From: Camelus ferus
Taxonomy: Eukaryota
DNA length: 64,000 nucleotides
Direction: 5' to 3'
Assembly: GCF_009834535.1 (NCBI RefSeq)
Contig: NC_045697.1
Span: 79,982,001-80,046,000 of the forward strand
The number at the start of each line of letters is the position of its first letter. Position 1 is the stretch's first letter. A program made the translations under genes and the position numbers. Positions 27,024 to 39,610 of the stretch are shown one piece after another. The notes under the pieces are model-generated. The model searched no databases. It saw only the letters and a list, made by a program, of their open reading frames with translations, and was not told where the DNA came from.

Positions 27024-28797
27024 AGTTCCTCCTTTTGATCAGACTCTCAGCTTAACTGAGATGTGATCAATATTTAAGCCATCACCCCCCCCCCCCACTT
27101 CTCTGAAGTTTTCATGGTTTTTGTCATCCCTTTGGTATCCATAAGTTGTGATGTTTCTTCTGCCCATGTGATAGTCACAGATCACAGCCTCAGGTTTACA
27201 GTCTTTAAGCTGGTCATTCTCTTTGTTCCTTTTCTAATGTTCCATTCTTAGGGAGATCATCTGCTTTGTGGCAAGTGGCTATGAACACATATTTAAAGCT
27301 TTCGGGGGGGCATGACGTGGGGGTATAGGTCAGGGGAAGAGTGTGTGCTTAGCATATACAAGGTCCTGGGTTCAATCTCTAGTGCCTCCATAAAAAATAA
27401 GAAAATAACAAAAATAAATAAAGCTTTTGAGAGAATACAATGCACCAAGGAGATTATTATGATTATTATAAGTAGGATAATTCTTCATTTCTGGAGTGCA
27501 TTTCAGAGGCATGATGCCCAAAACTCAAACCAATCAAAATCAACCAAGTCAAAGACCTCATCGAAGGAGTCCAAGTGGCTTGCCCAGTGATCTTATGCAA
27601 TTGTTTCAACTTCCCCAGAAGTGTTAATCCAGGTAGAGCAGGTGGTGTTGACCCCAGTACCTGGTCTTGCACAGCTAAAAGAAAATCAAGGGCTATCCTA
27701 TTATCAAGAACAACTTTGGCCAGAATGTCTAAAGATCTTGTTGGGCAGCTATTATCTTAGCAATAGAATCTGCAGTATATTCAAGAGTTAAGGAAAGATT
27801 CCTCGTTAGCACTGACCCCTAACCAGGGAAGCAGGGTTCTGTCAAAGGGAGTTAATTTTGAGTCATGATTGCCTGTTGGTATTAAGGGTCTGTGGGCCAC
27901 ACAGGCAGTTGTATTCTGGTTATTCTCATCTTGTATCCCTTTCTTTACATAGAACCTGGGCACCCCAAGTTTGGGGTGTTAACCAGAGACAGGGAAAAAG
28001 TCTGGGGGTTTCTAGCATCAAGGACAGATCAGAGTTTTTGATGATAAATCCAGCAGTCTGCAAGCTTACTCCTCTTAGCAGTGGCCTGGGAGATATGAAT
28101 GGTAGCATTATCTTTCCTGGCCAAGGCAAGAGTAAAGGAAAAAAAAGGAGAAGAGAGGTTTTCATGTTTAGTTAAAGTGAAGTCATGATCTGGCATCTTG
28201 GGAAGAAGCAGTCTCCCTTAATGTCAGCTACTTCTCTTAGTCAGTTTGATTTGGAGGTCTCTGGCATTCGGATGGGACCAGATGTCAGGTGGAGTCTTCT
28301 TTAACTTATAAATGTGTACCCAAGGCTCAAACTGTTGAAGTTTAGCTGCCATCTGAATAGTAAGATCTGGTATAGTCCCTTCCAAGGAGATTCAAAGGCA
28401 GTCTTTGTTCTCACCAATTCAGTTTTATGATCTTAAAAGTTATCAAAACCCCACACTTGTCAAAAAATTCTTTTCTTGATTTATTCTGAAGATGAACCAC
28501 TTTTGCTGGAAGACTTCTACAAAGCATCAGAGTAAAACACTAACTCTTTGCAAATGACAAAAAAGACTTTAAAATGCCCGTTATTAAAGATCTTGGAATT
28601 GACAAGGACATTTGGACACACAACGTTTAAGATAAGAACTGGAATTATGACTGATACAGTTATACCAGGACATATCAAGCTTCTAGGAATTTCATAGAAT
28701 TTATGAAATACTTATACCATATACTTATATAAACACAACATAAAGAAGGCTTTCTATTATTTCTTACTTGACAATGCTTCCCATGTAATTTAACATA
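27024..28797 (-). mobile_element. ERV1 internal remnant: degraded env TM and integrase C-terminus
   Basis: The - strand encodes LDILAKVVLDNRIALDFLLA (27732-27673) followed, frameshifted, by VNTTCSTWINTSGEVET; PWKGLYQILL...AAKLQ-FEPWVH at about 28387-28313. No intact ORF. Confidence 0.8.
27304..27418 (+). mobile_element. tRNA-derived SINE nested in the ERV
   Basis: gtgcttagcat...ggtcctgggttcaatc, A-rich tail, TSD TAAAGCTTT at about 27294-27302 and 27419-27427. Confidence 0.82.
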
Positions 28798-29974
28798 TTG
28801 GTCATGAGGAGGCAGTGACACTAGATGTAAGGGAAAGATACTCTTACAAGTTTAAGGTGTGAATGGGCTACCCAGAACTTAGAGCCCAGGACACTTGGGT
28901 CTGAAATATATAGATGAAATTTTATTGGTAGTGAGGCAGGTTGATAATAAAAAAGTAGTCTTATGGTCATTGTCTATCATTATCTTCTCCATAGGTTCTG
29001 AACCTAGAATGATAGTGAAGAAATTACTTAACCCTGCTATTTTCAGTCATCATCTCTGAAATGAGAAAATCCTTCATTTATTCAATCAGTTTTTTTGTGG
29101 ACTCATTTAGTCACCCATTACCTATAAAACACCTACTATGTACTAAATACACTTATTTGCAGAATGGTAGTAAAGATTAAAAGAGACAATAAATACAAGG
29201 TCCAATATCTGGCATAAAATTATGCTTAATACATGATCACTATTAATGTTTTGTTGTGTCTCCAAGGAGTCTAGTGCAATTTATTTAATTAATGTTTATT
29301 TGCAATTAACCTGTACCAAACCCACCACCCACTAGAGTTCTGAGCCAGACTGGCTTTCCACTAATCTTAACTGCAGTTCCTCACAAATCATGGATTACAG
29401 AACTTTCATCTGAGTGAACGTTTAGACCAGAATGTTAAAAAGAACCTACTTTTGAAAGACATTTATTGAAAGTGGGCCACCCAGCTTCCAATGAAACCTT
29501 CTATTAAGTGTGCTCGTCTTTGACTGAAGCTGTTCTCTGAAAGCAATATGAGATTTAGATTTACTTTCATTGACTTAGAATTCTTAAAGCTAGCCCAAAG
29601 TTTAATGAGAAGGGAAGTCACGATGAAAAAGTAGTGGTTTGTACCTTTTTCCCTAGTGAAGAAATCACTGTGATAATGCACTTTCTCATTATAAATCTTC
29701 TCCAGCAAACCCCTTTCTAATGCTCATGAAAATGCTACTTGGTGAAAAGATAATAATGGTTATAATTTGGAGTCTGTTTATCTTGCTATTTCATCAGCCA
29801 GCCTCTTCTCTTTGATTAGCGGACCATAAGGTGTGAGGGCGTGTTTGCTGCCGAGAAATGGGTTGCTGGTATGCTGCTCGCCTAATAAACAGGCATCCCT
29901 GATTATTTGATTGTAAATAAGGCTAAGAAATTCAAAATGAAGGCTAACCTAGTTTTCCTTTTCCTTTTCCTTTG

Positions 29975-30545
29975 GCACATCGCTGCTCGGTCGCCCGCCC
30001 CCGTGGTCCACAGAACGGCTACACGCCCTTGCACCAGGCCGCCCAGCAGGGCCACACGCACATCATCAACGTCCTGCTGCAGCACGGGGCCAAGCCCAAC
30101 GCCACCACCGCGGTAAGGCGGGCGCCGGCCGCCCCTCCCACGCCGCTCCTTCCTCCTTTCCCACCCCAGCATCCTCTTTAAATAAGCCCCCGGCACTCTA
30201 CTCTGGAAAGCCCAGGATTTCCAGAAATCAGCACGACTTCGCCGGGAGTGCGGGTACGGGAAGGGAGCGCAGCGGCTTGACTCGGTCCAGTCTCCGGGGA
30301 GAGGGGGCCCTGCGCTCGGGGCTGCCCCGCGGCCAGCTGGCTCTGAGCTGTGAGCGAGTCCCCTCCCGCCCCGCCTTCTTAAGGGAGCACAGTTTCCGAG
30401 ACCGCTGGCTCAGACTTGGGGGATGCGTAGCCATTGAAATGTAAACTAAGCGGTGCAATTAAACAAACCGGGATCCCCAGTGGTCTGGGCCGGGGCCTGA
30501 ATTGCTGGCTTGTGTTATTCTGCTGCAGCCCCAGCTTCCGCACAG
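29975..30545. promoter_or_regulatory. Intragenic CpG island, candidate internal promoter
   Basis: Abrupt shift from AT-rich to GC/CpG-dense sequence; GC box CCCGCCCC at 30365-30372; the enclosed exon has G/C at all 33 third codon positions. Confidence 0.75.
30014..30112 (+). CDS. ANK2: ANK2 exon, 99 nt: [33 protein letters not shown]
   Basis: gtccacAG acceptor, GTAAGG donor at 30113; lies in the CpG island. Confidence 0.97.
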
Positions 30546-30781
30546 CTGTAGCTAAATCTGTTACTGTGTTCCCCGTGGTGACATCTTACCTGCAGCAGAT
30601 GGCCTGACCTCAGTGAGGAGTGAGTGTACTTGGTGCTTGAATAGTTTTTGGAGGCCTCATCTTCCATTCACGAGTTACTTTCCTAAGCACAATACAGAAT
30701 TCGGAGAGCCGTTTGACAACCTTAGGGTTAAAGCAGTCAAGTGCTTCTTATTAGAAAGAGCGGGCAGATGCAGCTTGTTGT

Positions 30782-30795
30782 GTTACCATGGTGAC
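30782..30795. promoter_or_regulatory. RFX X-box-like palindrome GTTACCATGGTGAC
   Basis: One mismatch from the perfect palindrome GTTACCATGGTAAC; a second, weaker X-box-like site GTTCCCCGTGGTGAC lies at about 30568-30582. Confidence 0.45.
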
Positions 30796-30978
30796 CTGGG
30801 CTATAGTCTCAAGAAGTTACAAAGACAGATTCAGATGTAATGGTAAAAACAAGTGATTTTCCTAAGCTGTGCCTTGTTTTGGAAGGAAATGCTGGCTCAT
30901 GTGGAGCCGCGGGTGAGCTCATTGGCTCACATTGCCGTCCTCCCTCCCGGCTCTCACTCTCTTTCACTCTCCCTTCAG

Positions 30979-31077
30979 AATGGCAACACTGCCTTGGCGA
31001 TTGCTAAGCGTCTGGGCTACATCTCCGTGGTGGACACCCTGAAGGTTGTAACCGAGGAGGTCACCACCACCACCACG
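30979..31077 (+). CDS. ANK2: ANK2 exon, 99 nt (last ANK repeat): [33 protein letters not shown]
   Basis: ctcccttcAG acceptor, GTAAGT donor at 31078. Confidence 0.97.
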
Positions 31078-31659
31078 GTAAGTAAAAGGAACCCACTGGC
31101 TTCGGCGCCATTGTCGTGGTTTTTAAGCCACGTACTTTTTCACTTATAAAATGTTTTGATCTTTCCGTGTTGAATTAACTTCTTTTGGTGAGCATGTTGT
31201 AGAACATCCACTGAAATCGGCAGATGTAAATGCATTTACACAACTAATACAGGGATTCCAGCTTCCTTTATCAACATAAATCCATCTAACATGCTTGCAT
31301 GTCATTTTAATAATACTTAGTTTCTTTTTCTGTTACTGACTCTTTTTTTCCCACCCCTCTGCCCTTTTGCTGTAGTTGGGTGTGACACCTACTGCTGGCA
31401 AAGTCATAGGACAGTCCACAGCGAACTTCTTATCTTAGCCCCAAGGTTACACCAGCCTCTGGGAAGACCTTGATGCCTACCTACTATGCTCACAATTGGG
31501 CCAGATGCATTCCCAGTGAGGGCAGTCCATCCTCATTTTCTTTCTATTTCTGATTATTATTGCTGTATTCAAAAAGAAAATTGAATATGCTTAAGAGGAA
31601 AACGGTGTCTGTATCTTGGCAGAGCATATATTCAACATTTTAAAAAATAATAATTTGTT

Positions 31660-31775
31660 GCTAGTTTCTTTTTTGCTGTTGTTGGTGGTGGAGGTACTGG
31701 GGATTGAACCCCAGACCTTGGGCCTCATGCATGCTGGGCACACACCCTATCACTGTGCTATACCTCTATCCCAAC
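31660..31775 (-). mobile_element. tRNA-derived SINE (diverged copy)
   Basis: gaggtactggggattgaaccc...gctatacc, with a T-rich tail upstream. Confidence 0.75.
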
Positions 31776-34700
31776 CCCCTGCGCTTAACATTTTTAATTT
31801 TTACTGCTTTAAATATGACTGCTGATTCTTTAGGAGAGAACAGTGATCATCATTGACCTTTGCCAGTGCAAATCTAGAAGAGGAAGACGTGATAGTAATG
31901 GGTCCTAATGCTCTTGTGCTATTTAGCTGGAGCAAAGATTAAAGGAGGCCTCCTGAGAGGGAGACTCATAGCTGAAAGCAGAAGTGCTCCTCTCTTTGCA
32001 TTTATTTATTAACTTTTCTCCTTAAGCATGAATTCTAAGAACAACAGCTCTTTAATTTCTCTTTGTAAAGTAGATAAGTAGAGCAATGGTACAACATTAG
32101 AGGTTCCCAAGAGACAATAAGATCAAGAATTGACAAATACAAAAATTGTGAATGAGGTTCTAGGAAACGCTCCAAGCTAGGAATGATGCATCTAGAGTTT
32201 TAGAACACTTGGTTCTTTTGCTAGATGTGGGGGAAAGGAGAGGAATTTTATTCTTCAGGCTGAGAGCAGGTCCCTGTCGACAGGCATTGAGGTAGATGGA
32301 ATACAGTGGGTTTGATGTGAGGTTTTAAATAGAGTAGCATATGATTTATTAATGAGCTGCAGGACACAGACTGAATTTAGATGGGAGAGTGGCACTGTTT
32401 GTTTTCTCAAGTCGAATCTTAAAACCTTTGGCCAGTGTGTCACAATATTTTTAAAGATTTAAAGTACAGCTTCAATAAATTATATAAGAAAGAAACAAAT
32501 CTCGTCACAAGCTAGCATTATACTCTGAGGCATTATATATGGCTGAGTTGTAATGGCTTTTCCTTACTGTATGATTTCTTATACCTGGAAAATCTTCGTG
32601 TTAAGGACCTGTGCATATGTGTCTTTATTTGGCATCTTTGAAACAATGTGTACATCTCAGATGAGTGAAACTTGTAATAGCAAGATTGGCTGAACACATC
32701 TGTTCTTAGAAATCATGGTTTTTCTCAACTTTATTACCTCTTCCATGTTCTGGGAATCCTGAATGTACATTTTTATCAAATGACCACTAGATGGCAAACT
32801 TGTGTTTTTTTTGCTGTCTTGAACTGCTTGACTTCCATTCATTTCATTAACTCACTCCCTTAGTATTTATTGGATATAAAATATGTGCTGGATCTGTGCT
32901 CAGTGCTAAAGAGTCATCGGTGGTGAAAACATTACTCCACCCCTCCAGCAACTTACAGTGTGGTGGGAGTGGAGAATGAGACAAGTTTTGTAAGAAAATA
33001 AATTCTTTAATAGCAACAAAGGTATAGAACATACATGTCCAATTTCAAAGAGATTTCAGGCTCATAAATATTACTTAGAGTGAATGACTTTCACTATACA
33101 GATATATATATTTAAAAAGAGGAGCAATTAGCTTTCTAAATACTGTAACTAAATAAGACCTCAAATATGGTGTCAGAAATCAGACATACAGCCCTATCTC
33201 CACACATCTAGCTCAAGGGGGATATGAAAACTCCTCATAGAACTCCCACGGGAAATTTTTTCTTTTCTGGTAACTATTATTCTCTACACTGTCGAGCTAA
33301 GCAGTGCTCCACCAAAACCCACTGTACTCAGAAATCAAGTTTCTAGGTGAAAAGCCAACAGACAAATAGAAAACATAATAGCGTGTCTGTTTTCAGTTGG
33401 GATAATAAGAAATCATGGCCCATCTTAACTAAACAAGTTCCCCTTTATTGAAATGGGTAGATTTATTGGTTACATGTTTTGATGCTGCCCAGTCTTTACT
33501 TTCTGCTTCTCTTAGAATTGTGAGTTTTATTGTTTTGTGAAGTGAAATTTGGGGTTAAGGACTGGATATCTGAACTTACTCCTGTCTGGGATGTGAGGCT
33601 TCTTACTTTGCACAGCCTCTCTTTCAGAAGAGATTTTCATCATTCTTTTCCCACATACTGATGATATTAAAAATATAATTAATATGTAGTCATTACAAAT
33701 ATGCCAGACTTTGAGGGGAGATCTAGGATTCAAATTTAGGTTGTCAGAGTCCAAAGTCCATGTTCTTAACCACTCTGCCATAACTGATCTTGGCTTTGTT
33801 AAAAGTAGCTTAACAGGAATTTTGTGAAAGAGATGTTTTCACCTAACTTTCAACTTCAAAAAACTCACTTAAGACGTGTCCTTTATTGATTTTCATGGGA
33901 GCATCAGATTCAATATCATTTTCTAAAGTCTACAGCTTCACTAAAAATAATTTGGAACTACTCCCTGGTGGGAAGCGAAGAGCATGAGGCAATTTGATAA
34001 TTATGTAAATTAATAAAATTAAATTTACTGTTACTTCCATTTAAAAGTAATGGTTGAACTACAGCCACACATCTAACAGACGAATCTCACATCATTGGCT
34101 TCCTACGATGTGCCCTTTGAGCAGCTGTGTGAGTTCTCAGCCATCAAAGAAAGTTTCCTTTGCTCTCCCTCCTTCCAGAGTATGAATAAAGTCATTGTGT
34201 GGGGAGGAGAGTAAGGCAGCAGTTGGTAAAGGAAAAGCCACTGCTTCAGAAATTTCTGAGACATTTTGGAATCATGGTTTGTTTCCTTAACCTTTGCTTT
34301 TCCAACTTTACTTTGTAAGACCCAGCAGGGGCTATGAGACAGTTGAGCATTCTCCAGAGATTATAGTCATTGTCTGTTTGCCAGAATGGACATTAGGGTG
34401 GGAGGGACACATTACTGGCAACAGGAGCCAACAAGCTCCATGTCCTAATGTAGTTTGGAAGAACTGTGAGATAGGACTCATCCATCTACTTATTGACCTG
34501 CTGTCATCCATTATTTGCAGAGATTTAAAGTGATTGTGTTATATGTTGCATATAATCGTTGAGATGTAGAACATTAATTACCGGGTAAGCTGCTAAAATT
34601 AAAGTGACATTATATTTACATTATTATGTATACTTTGGTCATAAATCTTATCTTCTGCCATGTCAGTTAAAATGGGAGTCATAAAAATGGCAATGCAGTA

Positions 34701-37244
34701 GATACACGTAAAGTGTACACCTTTTGAGGTGAGATGTTTTCTTTGAATAGAGATCTGTTGACTAGCAGACTAAGCTGTCATTCTTGTGCAAAGAACATAA
34801 TAATACATCCTATATTGTATGTGTATGTATCCTATAATATCTGTATCTATCTAATATTTATCCTGTGTATTGTCTTTAAGAGACAATAGACTGAGTGCAG
34901 AACCTTTTAAACTTTTGACGTCTTTTTTTCCCAATCTGCTATAATTATCTCCACTACACCTGAGTAGCAGTCATTTTTTGGTGACTCACCTTTGTTGAGA
35001 CTTTTCAGGCCACTTACTTTAGTTCTGATAGAAAAATATTATTTACATAATACTGAACTGATATACAAAAATTATGTTAATGTGTACAATTGGTATAACA
35101 GATGTGGGAACAAAACCAGGTTTTACGTGTGGCTGTGATAGGAGCCAGTGTGTGTGGGCATTGGAAGGTGGCATCCCAGCCAGGGGCACTTGTCATGCGG
35201 GGACTTGCTGAGGATGTGGTTCATGGTTGATCAGGGGGAAGAGTAAAATGAAGGGCAGTAAAGCGCACTTCTTTTGCACAAAAGAAAGTGGATATTATCC
35301 CCTACTTATTAAACAACATGTTAAGGACTCATGTTTTATTTGCTACATCATGAAAGATGTAAAAACAAATTATAGTCTACCATCTATCATATTCTATTTG
35401 TTTTTTTTTTGCTACATTATATGATTTAATTACATACTATTAAACTTATGCATCGTGCACTACTCGTTTTAACTTTTAAAGCAGTTTTATCTTGACCATA
35501 GACTCTGAGATTATACACAAAAGGAGATGCCCATGATCATTTAGTTATATCCTTGTTTCCTATGGGCTATTCAGAGGCAGTTGCATAAAGCCATATTTAT
35601 GTTTTGCTAATCAGGTTTTCAAAGGACACTTTATTTAAAGGGACAGTATGTATTCATTTCTTACAACATTAGTCATGAGTAATAGGAAGACTTATTTATT
35701 ATCTATTCAACAAATATTTGTTGTTGAGCTTTTAAAGATCAAGCACTACGTCACATACAAATGAATACTATATTTACTACATTGTATATAGAAATCATTT
35801 TTATTATCTTTACCCCAAAAATCCATGACCAATATGATCAGTGTGTTACTTTTTCTGTTGCCACATATATTTGCTGATAACTTTGGTACCATTCAGTGAC
35901 CAAACTAAAGCAAAGTTATTTCCACTCTCACAAGTTCAGAGGAAATGTAGTCCTATTATAAGCATCTGCAAATAGAAACTGAGAATGTCAGGCAGTATAA
36001 CTTAATCATTTAAAGAGTATTTCCATCAGTTATTTTCAAATAGAGAAGCATCCTCTTGTGGAAATGTTTCCTATGAAGGGCAAATACTCTAAAACACTTC
36101 TGCAAAAAAGGACTTTCTGGTGTAGTCTAATACAGTAGATATCCCTTAACATTTTTAATCATTTTATTCATGCTTACATATTTATTTTATAAGTTCCCCC
36201 CAAAGTCATAGTTAAATAGGCTGTCATTGTCTCTATCCTGAATTTTTAAAGTAAGTTATTTTTCTGCAATCTCTGTACTGTCATGATACAGGAGCGTGGG
36301 TTGCAAATTGAGCTGCACAATAGACCCACCTGAGGAACTTTTTAAAATATCTTTAGCTGGGCCCCGTCTTCAGGGATGCTGATTTAATTGGCCTGTTTTG
36401 GGTCCCAAGTAACAGTACGTTTTAAATTTGTCTAATAATTATAATATGTTGCTAGAGTTGAAAACTACTGATAAGAAACATAAGTTATCATCTATCTGTA
36501 TTAAATTTATAAATCAATATTATAATTAGAATTAAATGGTATGTTATAATAGTCTTTTTAAGTTTGTTCTTTCATCAAATATTTATTGACCACCTGTTAC
36601 TCTCCAGAACTTTAGGTAGATGCTTTTGTCTTTCCATTTGGAATTATTTAAACATCATAAGCAAAATGCTAGAAAGCTGAATTAACTATTCTAGTCTTCA
36701 ACTGTGTCTTCATCTGGATAACATAAGACTTTCTCTACTGTCTCCATTTCTTCCTTTTCTTTAACTGTGGTAGCTACCAAAAAGAAAATCTGTTTAGTCA
36801 TTATGTGAATTTTAAGTATATTTTACATCATTTTATATCATCAATTTATTTGCTATGTATTTGAGAAGCAGCTACTGTGTTTCAGGTTCTGTGGAAACAA
36901 TCTTTGTAATGACTCACACTCTCACGTGGGAGGCGGATAAGGCACGTACAGTTGTGTGTGATGTGTCTGTGATGCTATAGGAGTGAGTAGCAGCAGGTAA
37001 ACACGGTTAAACAAATACATTCATTGGGGAGGCTCAGGGAATGTTTCTGCAAGGAAGTTACATCTCATATGAGCCAAAAAAAAAAAAAAAGAAAAAAGAA
37101 TATTGCTGGCAAAGAAAAGACTATATGGAAAAAACAGAGGCATAAGAGAACACAGTCTGCCAACATCTTTGTAGCATGCAGGGAGAAAAGAAGCTTCCCC
37201 ACCTCTCCTTACTACATCACCACAGGTCTTCTGAGCCAGTTTTA

Positions 37245-37431
37245 CCTGACCCTTGAACAACATGGGGGGTTCAACCGAATGTAACTAGAGTCAGCCACCC
37301 ATCGCCACGGTTCTGCACACATGAATTCAATCACCTTTGGATCCTGTAGTGCCATTATATTTACCATTGAAACGTATCTGTGTGTAAGTGGACCCACATG
37401 GTTCAAACCTACATTGTTCAAGAGTCAATTG
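37245..37431. mobile_element. Second Tigger2-family MITE (internally deleted)
   Basis: tgacccttgaacaacatgggggg ... ttcaaacctacattgttcaagagtcaattg|ta; similar to the copy at 11221. Confidence 0.72.
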
Positions 37432-37982
37432 TATTAAGTTTTTTCTGAAGAAAATGGGGAGCCACTGAAAGGCTACGCAGTATCACATTATGATTTAATC
37501 AGTCTCTCAACACACAGAAATTATACATGTATATGTAAATGTATTTTCAAATTAATTAGTTGAACTTCCCTGAAAATATATTTGGAGTTCTCTACTGCTT
37601 TTGGAAAGGAGTTGGCAGTAGGGGCATTGTAGCCAAGTAAGTCATTAATATCTATGTAGCAAAACCAAGAAAACCTACTTACTTTATTTTGGTGGCTGTA
37701 GTTGAAGATTTTACGCTCATTTCGAGAGATTAGATTTTTAAAGTTCTCATAACAATACCAAATTGGTATACTCAATACAATTTCAGTGAAGAAACTAGAG
37801 ATATGAATTTGAGACTCAACTATCTTTAGGAAATATTTAAAGTCATGAGATTTGGATTTTTATCTTTTTTTCTTTTTTTTTAGTCACCATAGTATCTCTG
37901 ATGTTTAGAACAACGGTGCCTGGCTTGCAATAGGCACTCAGAATGTTTCATTTTTTTTCCTTTTGAACCGTAACTTGCATCT

Positions 37983-38612
37983 TTTTTTTTAATTGAAGTA
38001 CAATTGATTTACAATGTTGTATTAGTTTCTGGTATACAGCCCAGCACAGTGATTCAGTTATGCATATGTGTAAATATATATATTCTTTTCCATATTCCAT
38101 TTGATTATAGGTTATTATGAGATATTAAATATAGTTCCCTGTACACACAGTAGGACCTTGTTGTTTATCTGTTTTATATATAGTAGTTAGTATCTGCATA
38201 TCCTGAACTCCCAGTTTATCTCTTCCCCTTCCTTCCCCCCTGGTAACCTTAGGTTTGTGTTCTATGTCTGTGAGTCTGTTTCTGTTTTGTAAATAACTTC
38301 ATTTGTATCTTTTTTTTTTTAGATTCCACATATAAGTGATAGCATGTGGTGTTTTTCTTTCTTTTTCTGATTTACTTCACTTAGTATGACAATCTCTATA
38401 TCTATCCATGTTGCTGCAAATGGCATTATTTCATTCTTTTTTATGGCTGAGTAGTAATTCCGTTGTGTAAATGTATATGCTACTTCTTTATCCAATCACC
38501 TGTCAGTGGACATTTAGGTTGCTTCCATGTCTTGGCTATTGTATGTATATAGTGCTGCTATGAACATTGGGGTGCATGTATCTTTTCAAATTAGAGTTTC
38601 CTCTGGATGTAT
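37983..38612 (-). mobile_element. 5'-truncated LINE-1 3' end
   Basis: Poly-T then aattgaagta...ttgatttacaatgttgt; homologous to the 7717-8297 copy. Confidence 0.9.
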
Positions 38613-38719
38613 GTGCAAGTCACAATGTTTCTTGATGCTGAAGGACCAAAAAGTTCAGAGTTTTTAAGATTAATTTAATATTGAGTTATAGTAAAGATAG
38701 TAAGTTATGCTAGCTAATA

Positions 38720-38980
38720 TTTTTTTGAATACTAACATATTATATAGCACTGTTCTTAGAGCTCTTATATGTATTATTATTGTGTATTATGTATTATATG
38801 TATTATTTCACTTCATAATAATTTTATGAAGTAATATTATTTTCTACATTGTACAGATGAGGAAATCGAAACACAGAGAAATTAAGGGATTTGCTAAGGC
38901 CTCATAGCTAATAAATGATGAAGTCAGAATTTGAACGCAGACAGCTGGACTCCAGAGACTGGTCTCTTAACTTTCCATCA
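38720..38980 (-). mobile_element. MIR SINE
   Basis: acagatgaggaaatcgaaacacagaga...atttgaacgcag...gactccagag. Confidence 0.7.
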
Positions 38981-39540
38981 TACATCAGAATGGAAGGCAG
39001 GGGATTTGACAACTCTGGAGTCCTATTGTGAAAGGCAAATAAGCAACAAGCTAGAACTGTAGCCCAGTGAAAGACTGTAAGGATGATTGATTCTGCACTG
39101 TTGATCCTCTAATCCCAGAAGAGATGCATCACATTTTCTGCCCAAATAGTTTGTCTTTCACATTGTTTACAACCTCCTTCCAATAGCTTTGTTTTTAATA
39201 AATTGCATATGTTCACTGATTCTTATTAAAGCTTTCCTGGAGATATTACTTGGTTCAGTTTAAGGAAGCCCTGATATTAATTTGATTTCCCAACATGACT
39301 ATTAATGCCATTGCTAAATAATTTATTTTTCAAATGGGAACTCAAACTAATGAATTCTCTCTTGTATGACTTCACTGGAGTAAATGATCATTTATCTTCA
39401 GAAAGAACAAATGTGTTTCCATAAAGGAGAATAAGAGACTAAGCTTCCAAGATGTACATGTGTAGAAGATGGAGTGCTCATATTGACTATGACCTCTTTG
39501 CTGATTCTTTTGATCTTTTGTTTGACTTTTGTTTTTAAGT

Positions 39541-39610
39541 TGAGCATTAATGATTTTTATCTTTCCAGACTATCATGAGCATTAATGATTTTTGTCTTTC
39601 CAGACCATCA
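39541..39610 (+). repeat. 35-bp tandem duplication spanning the ANK2 intron/exon boundary
   Basis: TGAGCATTAATGATTTTTATCTTTCCAGACTATCA followed by TGAGCATTAATGATTTTTGTCTTTCCAGACCATCA (33/35 identical). Confidence 0.97.
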
